A stretch of 64,000 bases of DNA from Mobula hypostoma. Taxonomy: Eukaryota. Below the pieces are notes generated by a model that worked only from the letters and a program-made list of their open reading frames with translations, was not told the DNA's origin and did not search any database. Made by a program: the position numbers and the translations under genes. Location: NCBI RefSeq assembly GCF_963921235.1, contig NC_086108.1, forward strand, positions 434,001 through 498,000, given 5' to 3'. This document shows positions 35,190-47,900 of the stretch, piece after piece; position 1 is the stretch's first letter; each line of letters starts with the position of its first letter.

Positions 35190-35944
35190 AGAGCTAGGCC
35201 AACAATATAAAATATACCCACTGGAGGGCCAACACTGCACCCAATAATTAAAAACATTGAGAAAATTAGAGGAGGGAGGAAGAGAAGGATCCTCATCACT
35301 GAAACAAAATTAAGACAGGTGACCATTAAATAGGAAAGGTACGTCCTTCTTGGGAAATAGAGCCTAACAACTAGGCCCCAGAACAGAACATAATTCCCCG
35401 AATAGAGAGAGATAAAGTTAGAAATTATAAATCTACAAGTGATAACCACTAGGAAGAATAGACTTGTAACGACCAGTTTGATCCAGACACAGCCCTCGCC
35501 CCATCCTCCCAGTTTGCCCCCATGGGGTAGAATGCATCCCCAGCACATGGCCCTGCCCTGAAACCTAACATCTTCACACCCCAGAAACACAGGTTCTCTT
35601 CTTGTCAGGGGGCCAAACTCACCCCACACCACCGGTTATACCTCCCACCGCCCAGCGGACCCCCCCTCGATCCTTCCCCCCCAACCTGATCAAGGACCTC
35701 ACACCCCAACTGAACCAGACAGCGCCCAAGTGGACCCCGGCCACACCCCCACAAAGGGGCCTACTTAACGATGGACCCCGTGCTCCTTTTCTTCCCACAC
35801 CTCCATGGGTAGGCCTGCGTGCACATTCCTTGGCCATATCCCTAAACATAACGACTTCACCCATCCTACGCACCCCCATAACCCTGAGCCCTCTCTCCAC
35901 TGGGGGGCCAAGTTCACCCCACTACACCACCGGTTGGGGTGCTG

Positions 35945-35969
35945 TAACCCTAACCCTAACCCTAACCCT
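35945..35969 (+). repeat. Short interstitial telomeric repeat (TAACCC)4
   Basis: taaccctaaccctaaccctaaccct; shorter tracts at about 37094-37108 and 37648-37665. Confidence 0.85.
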
Positions 35970-38190
35970 CCCACCACCGCAAAGTCCTGTGACCTCACTA
36001 CCCAGCCATACACCTCAGCCTAACACCTCCAACCCCTCAACACACCCTCATAAACCCTAGCCCTCTTCCCACCCGGGAGCCAAGTTCACTCCACATCACC
36101 AGCAGCCCCCCACCCCACAAACATCCCCAACCCTACACTTCACCCTAATCCTAATTTCCAATGGACCGTGCACCCCAAATAACCCAAGCTAGTACCCCAA
36201 AAAAAGGGGTTTGCATAGCACCGGCTCCCACTGTCCCCTCTCGCATCCCACCCCCTCCATCAGCCTGGGTGCTCTTTCAACCACTCCCTCCACCGCAAGG
36301 TCCCGCAGCCCCACCTCCCAGTCATACCCCCGGTCCTGATGCCTCTAGCCCTCCAACACACCCCCATAAACCCGAGCCCTCTCCCCACCAGGGAGCCAAG
36401 TTCACCCCACATCACCAGCACCACGCCACCCCACAAACATCCCCAACCCTACCTTTCACCCTATACCCAACTTCCAATGGACCGTGCACACCATCTAAAC
36501 CGAACAGCACCCCAAATAACCCAAACCACACCCCACAAAAAGGGCTTATGTAACAGTCCTTTCTCCTACCCCTAAACCTAACATCTCCAACCCTGCTACA
36601 CACCCCCATAAACCCAAGCCCTCACCCCATCAAGGGGCCAAGTTTGCCCAATATTACCAGCAGTTAGGCTCCTATTTCAGCCCTCCCCCCTACTGCAGGG
36701 GACAAACCCCACCCACAATGCCATTTGCCACCCACCCCACCTCCCTTCGCTGTGAATCCTCAACCCCCATTACCTAACTCTACCCCTGGGCATGTCCCTC
36801 CCCACAACACCCCTCAATTAGCTACCGCACAACCCCCAGATCACAGCACACAGTCCCTATAAAAAAGACCCCAAATCCAAAACACTATCCATAGGCAATA
36901 ACTCCACTATTGTAACTTAAACTCCAGAATGGAGGTTGAAGAGGAGGAAGATCCTAGTAAACGAAAGTTGGGGACCGAGATGATGATGACGTGGGCCAAA
37001 TACAAAGTGGCAGGGTAAAGTGATACTGCATCTCCAGTACGAGATCCACAAACACTAGAGGGATATTTTGCCCACTGACCGCATACTCGTATCCTAACCC
37101 TAACTCTAAAGCCGGGCCTCATCAACCCTGGCTGGGTCGCCTCGGGGAGGGTGTCTAATGATGAAAGACCCAAAACACCCCATGATCCGAGGTTGCATTA
37201 CTGATGATGTGTCCCAGTGCACACCCGGTTCATTGAACCAAGTGGTGTCGGAGCACGATAATGAAAGGCATGGGCCAGGTTCACCTGGCTTCACCACACG
37301 AGCCTATGCACCATAGCACATCGTAACTCACCACTCAAAACTCCGCAGCCTTCCCTCTCCTATCCACACACATATCCATCCATCAGCCCAACACTCAAAG
37401 CTAATCCTAAGGTCCAAGGGGGCACACTTCCCCAGAAACCCTCGGCACATCCCAATTAACACTGGCCAAACCCCCACAAACCCGATAACCTGTGTCAGGA
37501 GGGGCAAGATCCAAGAAAGGCAAGTGTTGGACCTGGTTAATGAAGGCGTGGGCCAGACCAAAGTGGCAGGGTCGCGTGAAATTGAATCTTAAGTGACAAG
37601 ATCAAAAACCACAAGAGGGCTGATTCGCCTACTGCCCGCATACTCTCAACCTAACCCTAACCCTATCTGTTATCTGTAGTTTTAACCCAAACATTGCTGC
37701 TACAGAGAAACCATTACATCAGCAGTTAACATCACAGAGAGAATTCATTCGCCTTAGCAGTTAACGTTACTGAGGAACCTACAGTTGTAAAGTGATACAG
37801 CTTGCTAACAGGCCCTTCTTGCCCAATGGGTCCACATCATCCAGTTACACCGACGTGATCATTTAATCTACTGACCTAAGCAGAGCACCAGGAGGAAACC
37901 CAGATGCTCAAGGGAAGAACTTACAAACTCCTTACAGACAGTGGTGGGAACTGAACTGGGTCGCTGTTGCTGTGATGGTGTTATGCTAACCGCTGAGGTA
38001 TTGTGCTGCCCAACTGGTGGGGGGGATGGGTGGGTTAATGAGTTGCTGTAACTTTCCTCCAGTGTGTGGGAGGGAGGTACAATCTGAGGGGCAGTCGTTA
38101 GAAACGTGAGATATTAAAATAGGATCAGTGTGGAGGGGTGCTTGATGTTGGATTAAAATAGGATCAGTGTGCTGGGGTGCTGGACCCAGA

Positions 38191-38311
38191 AATATGGACT
38201 GCAGTCTCGATAACCCGCAGGCTTGATGAAGGATCTTAACCCACAAATATGGACTGCAGTCTCGATAACCCGCAGGCTTGATGAAGGATGTTAACCCACA
38301 AATATGGACTG
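38191..38311 (+). repeat. 55-bp tandem duplication in a degraded Penelope-type 3' end
   Basis: aatatggact recurs at 38191, 38246 and 38301; the two full units differ at one base. Confidence 0.85.
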
Positions 38312-38689
38312 TTCATTTCCCTCCACAGATGCTGCCTGACTCATTGAGTTCCACCAGTATGTTACTCTAGTTTCAGCATTTGCAGTCCCTTATATCTCTC
38401 TCTCTCTTGATTTAAACCATTCCTCCTATACCCACCTCAGCCCCTAGCCCCTCTCCTTCATTCACACCATTTGCCCATCACCTGCACACTCCTTCCACTG
38501 AATTTCCCCCTCCCCCCACTGTTCTCCCCAGTGCCACCCCAATTCCCGTATTTGGTTCCATGCTGCATTTTTCTCATCTGGATCCACCCATCACATCCGA
38601 GCTTCTGTCACTATTCCTGCTCTCCCCTCCTCCCATCTGCCGGCTGCTGCTCTTCTCCTGGATACACCAATCTCTGCTAAACCGTAGGA

Positions 38690-39790
38690 CCATCAGACCA
38701 TCAGGTATAGGGAGCAGACTTACGACATTTGGCCCATCAAGTCTACTCTGCATTTCATCACGGTTGATCTATTTTCCCTCTCAGCCCCAATCTTCTGCCT
38801 TTTCCCTATCTCCTTTCATGCCTTGACTAATCAAGAATCTATCAACTTTTGCCTTAAATATACCCAATGACTTGACTTCCACAGCTACCTGTGGCAGTGA
38901 ATTCCACAGATTCACCGCTCACTGGCTAAAGAAATTCCTCCTCGTTCCTCCTCCTCCATTCTAAAAGGACACACCTCTACTCTGAGGCTGTGTCCTCTGG
39001 TCTTAGACTTCCTCACCATCAGAAACATCCCCTCCATATCCACTCCATCAATGCCCTTTGACATTGAATGAGACCACCCCTCATTCTCCTGAATTCCAGT
39101 GAGTAGAGGCCCAGAGTTAACAAACGCTCCTCATATTACCAACCTCTCAATCCTGGACTCATTTTCATGAACCTCCTTTGAACCCTTTCCAATGTCAGAA
39201 TATTCTTTCTTAGGTAAGTGCTCAAACCTGCTCACAGTGTTCCAAGTGAGGCCTCACCAGTGCCTTATAAAACCTCAACATTACATCCTTGCTTTTTTTT
39301 TTAGTCTAATCCTATCAAAATTAATGCTCCAATTGCATTTTCCTTCCTCACCACTGGCTCAACCTGCAAATTAACCTTTAGGCAACCCTGCATGAGGACT
39401 CCCAAGTCCCTCTGTAGCTCAGATTTTTGAATTTTCTCTCCTTTTAGAATATAGTCTCTGCTTTTATTCATTCTGCCAAAGTGCATGACCATTCACTTCT
39501 TGACACTCTATTCCATCTGCCAGTTCTTTGCCCATTCTCCTAATTCTCCTAAGTCCTTTTGGTAGCCTTTCTACTTACTCAAAGCTGCCTGTCCCTCCGC
39601 CTATCTTCATATTGTCTGCAGCCGTGGCCAAAAAATCATCAATTCTGTCTTCCAAGTCATTTTATTTTAAAGCGGCTGCAACACAGGCCCCTGTGGAACA
39701 CCACTAGTCATTGGCAGCCAGTCAGAAAAGGCTCCCTTTATTTCCACTCTTTGCCTCCTGCCAATCAGTCTCTGCTTTCCTGCTTCTTAT
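38690..39790 (-). mobile_element. Degraded CR1 3' portion
   Basis: VMHFGRMNKSRDYILKGEKIQKSELQRDLGV and a CR1 3' UTR. Confidence 0.8.
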
Positions 39791-39845
39791 TTCTTCAAAT
39801 AATCCCATTAGGTTTGTCAGGCATGAGTTTTCTTGAGCAACAAGA

Positions 39846-41510
39846 GGAACACCTCACCAGCCTCCGCATTCAGCATGTAATTCTCCGAAACCTCTGCCAC
39901 CTCCAATGGGATACAACTATCAAACTCACCTTTCCCCTCACCCACTTTCTGCTTTCTGCGGCAATCACTCCCTATGTGACTTGCTTGTCCATTCATCCCT
40001 CCACATTGATCTCCCTCCTGGCACTTACCCTTGCAAGTGGAACAAGTACGACACGTGGCCCTTACACCTCCTCCTTCACTACCATCCAGGGCCCTAAACA
40101 GTCCTTCCTGGTGAGGCGACACTTCATCTGTGAGTCTATTGGGATCATTTACTGTGTTCAGTGCTCCCAGTATGGCCTCCTGTACATCAGTGAGACCTGA
40201 CGTAATTGGGAGACCACTTCACCAAGAATCTACACTCCATATGCCTGAACAAGCAGGATCTCCCAGTGGCCAACCATTTTAATTCCACTTCCCATTCCTA
40301 TTCTGATATGTTCATCCATAGCCTCCTCCACTGTCATGATGACGCCACACTCAGGTTGGAGGACCAATACCTCATCTTCCATTTGGGTAGCCTCCATCCC
40401 GATGGCATGAACATCGATTTCTCAAACTTCCGGGAATGGCCCCAAGCACCTTCCCCCCTCTCCATTTCCAATCCCTTTTTCCCTCTCTCTGCTCATCCTG
40501 CTGCCCACCCATTGTCTCCCTCTGGTGCTCCTCCCCGCTTTTTCCTTCTTCTGTGGCTTTCTGTCTCTTCACCATCAATTCTTACTTCATCCCTCCCCCG
40601 ACAACTTTCATTTATCACCTGGTGGTTCTCTCCCCTTCCCCCACCTTCTAAATCTACTCCTCAGCATTCTTATCTCCAGTCTTGCTGAAGAGTTTCGGTT
40701 CTCCAAGGCAGAGTACAAAGTAAATGGCAGGATACTTGGCAGTGTGGAGGAGCAGAGGGATCTGGGGGTACATGACCCCAGATCCCTGAAAGTTGCCTCA
40801 CAGGTGGATAGGGTAGTTAAGAAAGCTTATGGGATGTTAGCTTTCATGAGTCGAGGGATAGAGTTTCAGAATCGTGATGTAATGATGCAGCTCTATAAAA
40901 CTCTGGTTAGGCCACACTTGGAGTACTGTGTCCAGTCCTGGTCGCCTCACTATAGGAAGGATGTGGAAACATTGGAAAGGGTACAGAGGAGATTTACCAG
41001 GATGCTGCCTGGTTTAGAGAGTATGCATTATGATCAGAGATTAAGGGAGCTAGGGCTTTACTCTTTGGAGAGAAGGAGGATGAGAGGAGACATGATAGAG
41101 GTGTACAGATAGTAAGAGGAATAGATAGAGTGGACAGCCAGCGCCTCTTCCCCAGCGCACCACTGCTCAATACAAGAGGGCATGGCTTTAAGGTAAGGGG
41201 TGGGAAGTTCAAGGGGGATATTAGAGGAAGGTTTTTTACTCAGAGAGTGGTTGGTGCGTGGAATGCACTGCCTGAGTCAGTGGTGGAGGCAGATACACTC
41301 GTGAATTTTAAGAGACTACTAGACAGGTATATGGAGGAATTTAAGGTGGGGGGGTTATATAGGAGGCAGGGTTTGAGGGTTGACACAACACTGTGGGCCG
41401 AAGGGCCTGTACTGTGCTGTACTATTCTATGTTTAAAATGTCGGCTGTACTTTTTTTTCCATAGGTGCTGCCTGGTCTGCTGAGTTCCTCCAGCATCTTG
41501 TGTGTGTTCC
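39846..41510 (+). mobile_element. Degraded Penelope-like GIY-YIG 3' fragment, split by a CR1 insertion at 40700-41433
   Basis: IIYCVQCSQYGLLYISET...PVANHFNS...LGSLHPDGMNIDFSNFR; the 3' end resumes at about 41435 (ctgctgagttcctccagc). Confidence 0.8.
40700..41433 (+). mobile_element. CR1 (subfamily B) 3' fragment
   Basis: Near-identical to 19620-20360 and 52657-53390. Confidence 0.92.
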
Positions 41511-41729
41511 CTTGAGGAAACCATGCTGACTACAGCTTATTTTATCATATCACACTGAAGCCACGTCCTTAACAATTGACTCCAATATCTTCTCTACCAC
41601 TAAGATCAGACTAACTGGCCTATCATGTCCTTTCTTCTGTCTCTCTTCCTTCTTGAAGAGTGGAGTGACATTTGCAATTTTCCATTCCTCCAGAACGATC
41701 CCAGAATCAATTGATTTTTGAAAGATCAT

Positions 41730-43364
41730 GCCATTCATTGATTCAATTTAAAATTGTACTTCGTTATCATTTGACGAAGGAGAGATTTTCTAAAATCTTT
41801 TCTGTTGATAGTCATTGTGATAGATGTAAAACTGAGATAGCTACACTGACACATATGTTTTGGTCTTGTTCTATATTGGAACAGTTCTGGAAGTCTGTTT
41901 TTTCAACAATTTCTAAAGCACTTAAAATTAATCTACAACCTAATAAATTAACTGTGCTTTTTGGAATAATTCCTCAAAGTATTCGTGGTATTTCTGTGTC
42001 TGACCAATGTGTTATTGCATTTGTTACATTGATAGCTAGGAGGGCCATTTTGTTGAAGTGGAAGGATACATCGGCTCCCACTTTGTCACAATGGTTCTCT
42101 CAAGTGATGCTATGTCTTAGTGTGGAGAAAATTAGAAGTCAAACCTTTGAACCTTTATTTGATTTTGAGAAAAGATGGGGCTCATTTGCTCGTTATTATT
42201 GTCACGTGATCAGCAATAAAGAATATATCGAGTCAGGATTTATAAACAAACAAACATTTATTAAACCCTGATAAACAATGGAAAAAAACAAAAACCCTAA
42301 CCAGAAGTAAGCGGCTATGCGGCTATTCGGTAAACCGCTACTCAGTACTACTTCTTAAAGCGATAAATGCGAAGCCAGTTCTTAAAGCGATAAATTCAAA
42401 CACAGTTCTCTGATTGGTAAATTTTAAAGTCCAAGAGATTTATATAGTCAATTAGGAGAGACTTTCATGGGAAGTAACGAATTCCTCGGAAACACAATGT
42501 CACTGCCACTCCCAGTCGGGTCCTGCCTCGTCCGTAGGATTCACGACGATGGAAATAAAACAGTTTTAAAGGCACTGACCTTCCTCCATAGAATAGATCC
42601 TGCACAGCCTTTCTACCACTTTTAGCAGAGGCTATCTCATGCAGATCACTCTTCCTTGAACAAATTCAATAATAGTCGATCCTTTCCAAACCAGTCGAAC
42701 GTCTCCTTCAGGGTCCCGTCTTCACTCTCCAATGTTACTGAAAAGATACATTAACAAACTGGGCAGCGATTGGTCAAACTGCCAGCTCAGACTTCTGTAA
42801 CTTACATTAGAACATAAAATTCCATTTAAAATCAAAACTGCGTCATAATGCAAATACACAGTGGAGCGGAGTATCTTATCGACGTTCTAACTGGAAAAAC
42901 TAACTGCGTCACCAGGGATCTTCCCTTTTATACCCGTGGTGAACATATCATCACGTGACCTCACATAGGCGGGAAAATTACGTCAGGTGACCTCCAAACG
43001 ATCATTACATCATTCTCACAAGAAAGTCACAAGATCTCCTTGAGGTATGTACATTATCATTTGAGCTAATTGATAGATTTTTTCCACGATCTAATTGTAA
43101 GTTTTTTGGGTTAGGGTTAGGGCTTCTTGCTGGCGGTTCGATGTTTATTTTTAGAGGCTATTTGTATGACGCATGGCTCTGGGGTTGTACACCTGATGGG
43201 TTCTTTTTCTCACTTTTTCTGCTTAGTAGGTTTTTTTTGTTATCACAATTTTTTTTTCAATCTTTAAGATAATGTCTTTTTTGAGACATTGTAAGTGTTG
43301 GTACTTCAATGTACTCGTGTTATTTCTTTTGTATAGTATAACAATAAAGAGATTTCAAAAGAAA
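41730..43364 (+). mobile_element. 5'-truncated L1/Tx1-clade LINE with a 17-bp TSD; contains a solo LTR
   Basis: HSLIQFK...CDRCKTEIATLTHMFWSC (CCHC finger); AATAAA plus an A-rich tail; TSD GATTTTTGAAAGATCAT at 41713-41729 and 43365-43381. Confidence 0.9.
42200..43053 (-). mobile_element. Solo LTR
   Basis: TGTCAC...TGTACA termini; 4-bp TSD TTAT; minus-strand TATAAAA (about 42926-42932) and AATAAA (about 42257-42262); removing it restores the L1 C-terminus RYYHLS*. Confidence 0.85.
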
Positions 43365-43590
43365 GATTTTTGAAAGATCATTACTAATGCCTCCACAGTC
43401 TCTTCAACCTCCTCTTTCAGAACCCTAGCATGTATACCATCCAGTCCAGATGATATATCTACCTTCAGATCTTCCAGTTTCCCAAGAACTGAGTAACTCC
43501 TTAATAATGGCAAGATCCCACACTTAATGCCCCCTAAAACACTCAAACTTCTGGCATACTGTTAGTGGCTTGCACTGTGAAGACTGGTGC

Positions 43591-44916
43591 TTTGCGCATT
43601 TGGTTTCAATTCAGAAAATTTTTTGATCTTAATCAATTCGGGTTAGCGATTCCTATTTTAGGTAACATATTTTTTCCTCCCTCTTTTATGGATCGCGCTT
43701 TTCAAACTTGGAAGACTAAGGGTATTTTACGGTTTTTGGATTTATTTTTAGATGGTTCCCTTATGTCTTTTGAACAATTATCTAATAAATATAACTTATC
43801 AAGAATACATTTTTTTAGATATTTACAAGTTAGAAATTTCCTAAGTACTATACTTTCTTCCTTTCCAATGCTTCCTCCTATATATATTTTAGACTCGATA
43901 ATTAACCTTAATCCATGTCAGAAAGGTGCATCGGCTATGATTTATAATATTATGATGAAACTTAGGAAAGCTCCATTTGATAAGATTAGGGTAGATTGGG
44001 AACAGGAATTGGGGCTTACCATTTCTGTGGATGATTGGGGGCAGATTTTACAATTAGTTAATACTTCCTCTATTTGTGCTAAACATTCCCTAATTCAATT
44101 TAAAGTGGTTCATAGAGCACATATGTCCAAAGATAAGTTAGCGCGTTTTTACTCGCATATTAATCCTTTCTGTGATAGATGTTCGGGGCAGATAGCCTCT
44201 TTAACTCATATGTTTTGGTCTTGCCCTACTTTGGAAACTTTTTGGAGAGATATTTTCAATATTGTTTCTAAGGTATTAAATACAGATATCTCTCCTCACC
44301 CTATCACTGCTATCTTTGGACTACCTAAAATTTCTAGTAATCTTTCCCCTTCAGCCCGTAGAATGATTGCATTTCTTACTCTAATGGCGAAAAGATGTAT
44401 TTTACAACATTGGAAAGAGCTTAATGCTCCAACTACCTTTTTTTGGTTTTCTCAGACGATTTTATGTTTGAATCTGGAGAAAATTAGAAGTAACCTTTAT
44501 TTTTCATTTAAATTTGAACAGATTTGGGGACCTTTTATTCGATATTTTCATTTAATGTAATATTTACCCTTCTTGTTTTTTCTTCACTGTTTTAATGGAG
44601 GTCGGGATTGAGGACGTGATTTTAAGTTTAACTCTGTTTGGTTTCAAGTTAGCCCATTGCTTTGCTTTGCTTTTAGTTAGTTGCACGGTGGGTTTTTTTT
44701 TGGGGTTTTTTTTTCTTTTTTTTTCCATTGATATATATAAAATCTAGTATACTATTATGTTATCTTGGTTTCTTATGCTTAAATTACATTGTTTGTAGTA
44801 TTTTCTTTTTGGTATTGTTATCTTTTGGAATTTTATTATACTTTAACATTGTATTAATGTTTATATGGCTTACCTTTTTTGTATACTTACTCAATAAAAA
44901 GATTTAAAAAGAAAGA
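43591..44916 (+). mobile_element. 5'-truncated L1/Tx1-clade LINE, open ORF2 C-terminus, 11-bp TSD
   Basis: Stop-free frame to 44560 with CDRCSGQIASLTHMFWSC; T-rich 3' UTR, AATAAA, (GAAA)n tail; TSD AAGACTGGTGC at 43580-43590 and 44917-44927. Confidence 0.92.
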
Positions 44917-47900
44917 AAGACTGGTGCAAAATACTTATGCAGTTCATCCGCCATTTCCTTGCCCCCCCCCCCCCATTACTACCTCTCTGGCATCATTTTC
45001 CAGTGGTCCGACATCTAACTTTTAATATGAATATCCTCTTTAATATTATTGGCTAGCTAACCTTCCTATCCCATCTTCTCCTTCTTTATGACTTATTTAG
45101 TTGCCTTTGTTGGTTTTTAAAAGTTTCCCAAACTTCCCAAAAACTTTTGCCCCCTCTTTGATTTTTATGTTGGCTATAACTTCTCTCGTCAGCCACGGTT
45201 GTGTCATCCTGCCTTTAAAACACTTCTTCCCCTTTGAGATGTATTTATCCTGTACCTTCCAAATGGCTCCCTGAAATTCCAGCTATTGGTACGCTGCCAT
45301 AATCCCTGCCAATGTTCTTTTCCAATCAATTTTGGTCAGCTCCCCTATCATGCCTCTGTAATTCCCTTTACTCCGTTGTAATATTGATATATGTGTCTTT
45401 AGCTTCTCCTTCTCAAATTGCAAGGTGAATTCTGCCGTATTATGATCACTTATCCCTAGTGGTTCTTTTACCTTGAGGTACTTAATCAATTCTGGTTCAT
45501 TACACAACAACTAATCCAGAATAGCTAATCCATCTAGTGGGCTCAACCACACGCAGCTCTTAAAGGCCATCTTGTAGGCATCCCAGAAATTCCCCATCTT
45601 GGGATCCAGCACCAACCTGATTTTCCTATTCAACCTGAATGTTGAAATCCCCCATGACTATCATAACATTACCCTTTGGCATGCATTTTGTATTTCCCAT
45701 TGTAATTTGTAGACCATATCTTTACTACTGTTTGGGTGTATGCATATATTTCCCATCAGGGTCTTTTTATCCTTACAGTTCCTTAATTCTACCCACAGCA
45801 ATTCAACGCCTTCTGAGGTTAAGCCACCTCTTTCTAATGACTTGATTTCATATTTTACCAACAGAGCCACACCACCCTTTCTGCCTTCCTGTATGTCCTT
45901 TCAATACAATATGTATCCTTGGACGTTAAGCTGCCAGCTATAATCTTCTTTCAGCCACATTCAGTGATATCTACAATGTCATACATCCCTATCTGTAAAT
46001 CTGCTACCAGTTCATCGCCCTTATTCCGTATACTGCATGCATTCAAATATAACACCTTCAGTCCTCTATTCACTCTTTTAGATTTTGTCCCCCTTCTACA
46101 TTGCAACTCATCCTGTTATTTGCAATTTTGCCTTTTCATCAGCCTGTCCTTGCTAGGAGTCTCACTACACACTACCTCATCCTCAGCACTATCACTCAAG
46201 TTCTCATCCCCTTGCCAAACTAGCTTAAACCCTCCTGAACAGTTCTAGCAAACCTACCCGCAAGGACATTGGTCCCCCTTGCGTTCAGGTGTAACATGTG
46301 CCTTTGTACAAGTCATACCTTCCCCAGAAGTGATCCCAATGATTCATAAATTTGATCCCCTACCCCCTGCACTAGTGCCTCAGCCTTGTATTCACCCGTC
46401 AAATTATCCTATTCTTACCTTTATTGGCGCGTGTCACATGCAGCATTCCAGAGAGTACTACCCTAGACGTCCTGTTTCTCAGCTTTCTACCTAGCTCCAT
46501 AAAATCTGCCTTCAGGACCTTCTCACTCCTACCTATGTCATTGGTGCAAATGTGTACCAGGACTTCTGGCTGCTCACCCTCCTCCTTTCGACTACCATGG
46601 ATCCAATCCGAGACATCCCTAAGCCTGGCACCTGGGAAGCAACATACCATCTGGGTGTCTCTATCATGCCCACAGAATGTCGGCTCTGTTCCTCTGACGA
46701 TGGAATTTCCGATACCCACTGTAGTGCTCTTCACCTCTCTTCTCTTCTGAGGCACAGTACCAGACTCAGAGCCAGTGCAGCCATCCCCCTCAGCAGTATC
46801 CAAAGTGGTTTCATTATTATTGTGGGCATGGCCTCAGGGTACAGTGCAATTCTCCTCCTCCTGTCAGTCACCCTGCTACCTGTCTCCTGAAACTTAGTGA
46901 TGACTACCTCCTTGTAACTACTATTTATCACCCCCTCATTCTTCTGTATGAGCCGAAGGTCACTGAGCTGTGGCTCCAGTTTCTTAACACATTCTCTGAG
47001 AAGCTGCAGTTCAGTGCACCTGTTGCAGATGCATTTATCCGGGAGAATGGAGGTTTTACAGAACTCCCACATCTCACACAAAGCACAAAACACTGCTCCT
47101 GGAGCCATTCTTGCCAAACAACTATGCCCTAACAAATGAGGAATGAAGAGTTAAAAAAAGAGAAACTTACTAGACTTATCTTGCCCAAGCCTGATGATCC
47201 AAAGCTACACCAAACAATGGTACATTCACAACGAGGGCCACTCTGCTTGTTCCATTTGCCCTTTCTAATGAATCCCACGTAGTCACTGGTTGCAGTCCAA
47301 CTCTGAAAAACCTTGATTCACTCTTCACCTATTTTTACTGATTACAATCAGTTCAAATGAATGGTGTTAACCTGAGCATCCCCCTCAACCTCCCTGATCA
47401 GGGTCATGTGAATCCATGGGAGCAGGTGGTGAATGGTCGTATGATCACAAGTCCTGTTCATGTGACCGTGGACGCCAGACAGACAATCTCTGAAGAGTAT
47501 TGATTATGGCTGGGGTCACCTGTCTTGTAAAGGCACTGCCTAGAAGAAGGCAATGGCAAACTACTTCTGTAGAAACATTTGCCAAGAACAACCGTGGTCA
47601 AGGAGAAACCACGATCACCCACATCATACGACACGGCACATCACGAACAAACAGATTTATCTGGCAGTGCATTCCATGCACTGTCTGTTTGTGAATATGC
47701 CTCTTATCTAGTCACCTTTAGATTATGACCCCTCATATTAGCAATTTCCATCCTCGGGAAAAGTCTCTTGCTGTCCACTGTATCTCTGCCTCTCGCCTTG
47801 TATACATCTATCAAGTCACACCTCACCCTAAAGAGGAAAGTTCTAGCTCACTCAACCAACCCTCGTAAAGCTAGGAGCCTCATAGCCCCAGATCCCAGTG

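Larger units (their letters stand above)
31827..37665 (+). mobile_element. Penelope-like element (Neptune-like): upstream SGNH-esterase ORF, RT, GIY-YIG and a long modular 3' region
   Basis: IVNLS...LNRGLTFVP, IKPADKG, FYILPKIHK, RPIVS, GTAMG, YRYLDD; Cys motifs plus VVYAIQCKQCHIIYIGETG...PNGLN. Confidence 0.92.
41515..47330 (-). mobile_element. Old CR1 LINE (5' UTR, ORF1, EN, start of RT) carrying two L1 insertions
   Basis: AVFCALCEMWE...CNRCTELQLL; GNSIVRG; HICTND; WVELRNCKDKK; WKIANVTPLFKK. Confidence 0.85.

Noticed and set aside
35602..36575. Pro/Thr-rich ORFs downstream of the Penelope endonuclease
   Set aside because: Explained by C-rich repeated sequence that lacks stop codons; no domain signal
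37155..37270. ATGATGA/CTGATGA...GAAA motifs as a C/D snoRNA or hammerhead
   Set aside because: I could not form the required terminal stem or stems I-III around the motifs
43108..43122. GGGTTAGGGTTAGGG in an L1 3' UTR
   Set aside because: Only about two telomeric units in a T/G-rich UTR; too short to interpret
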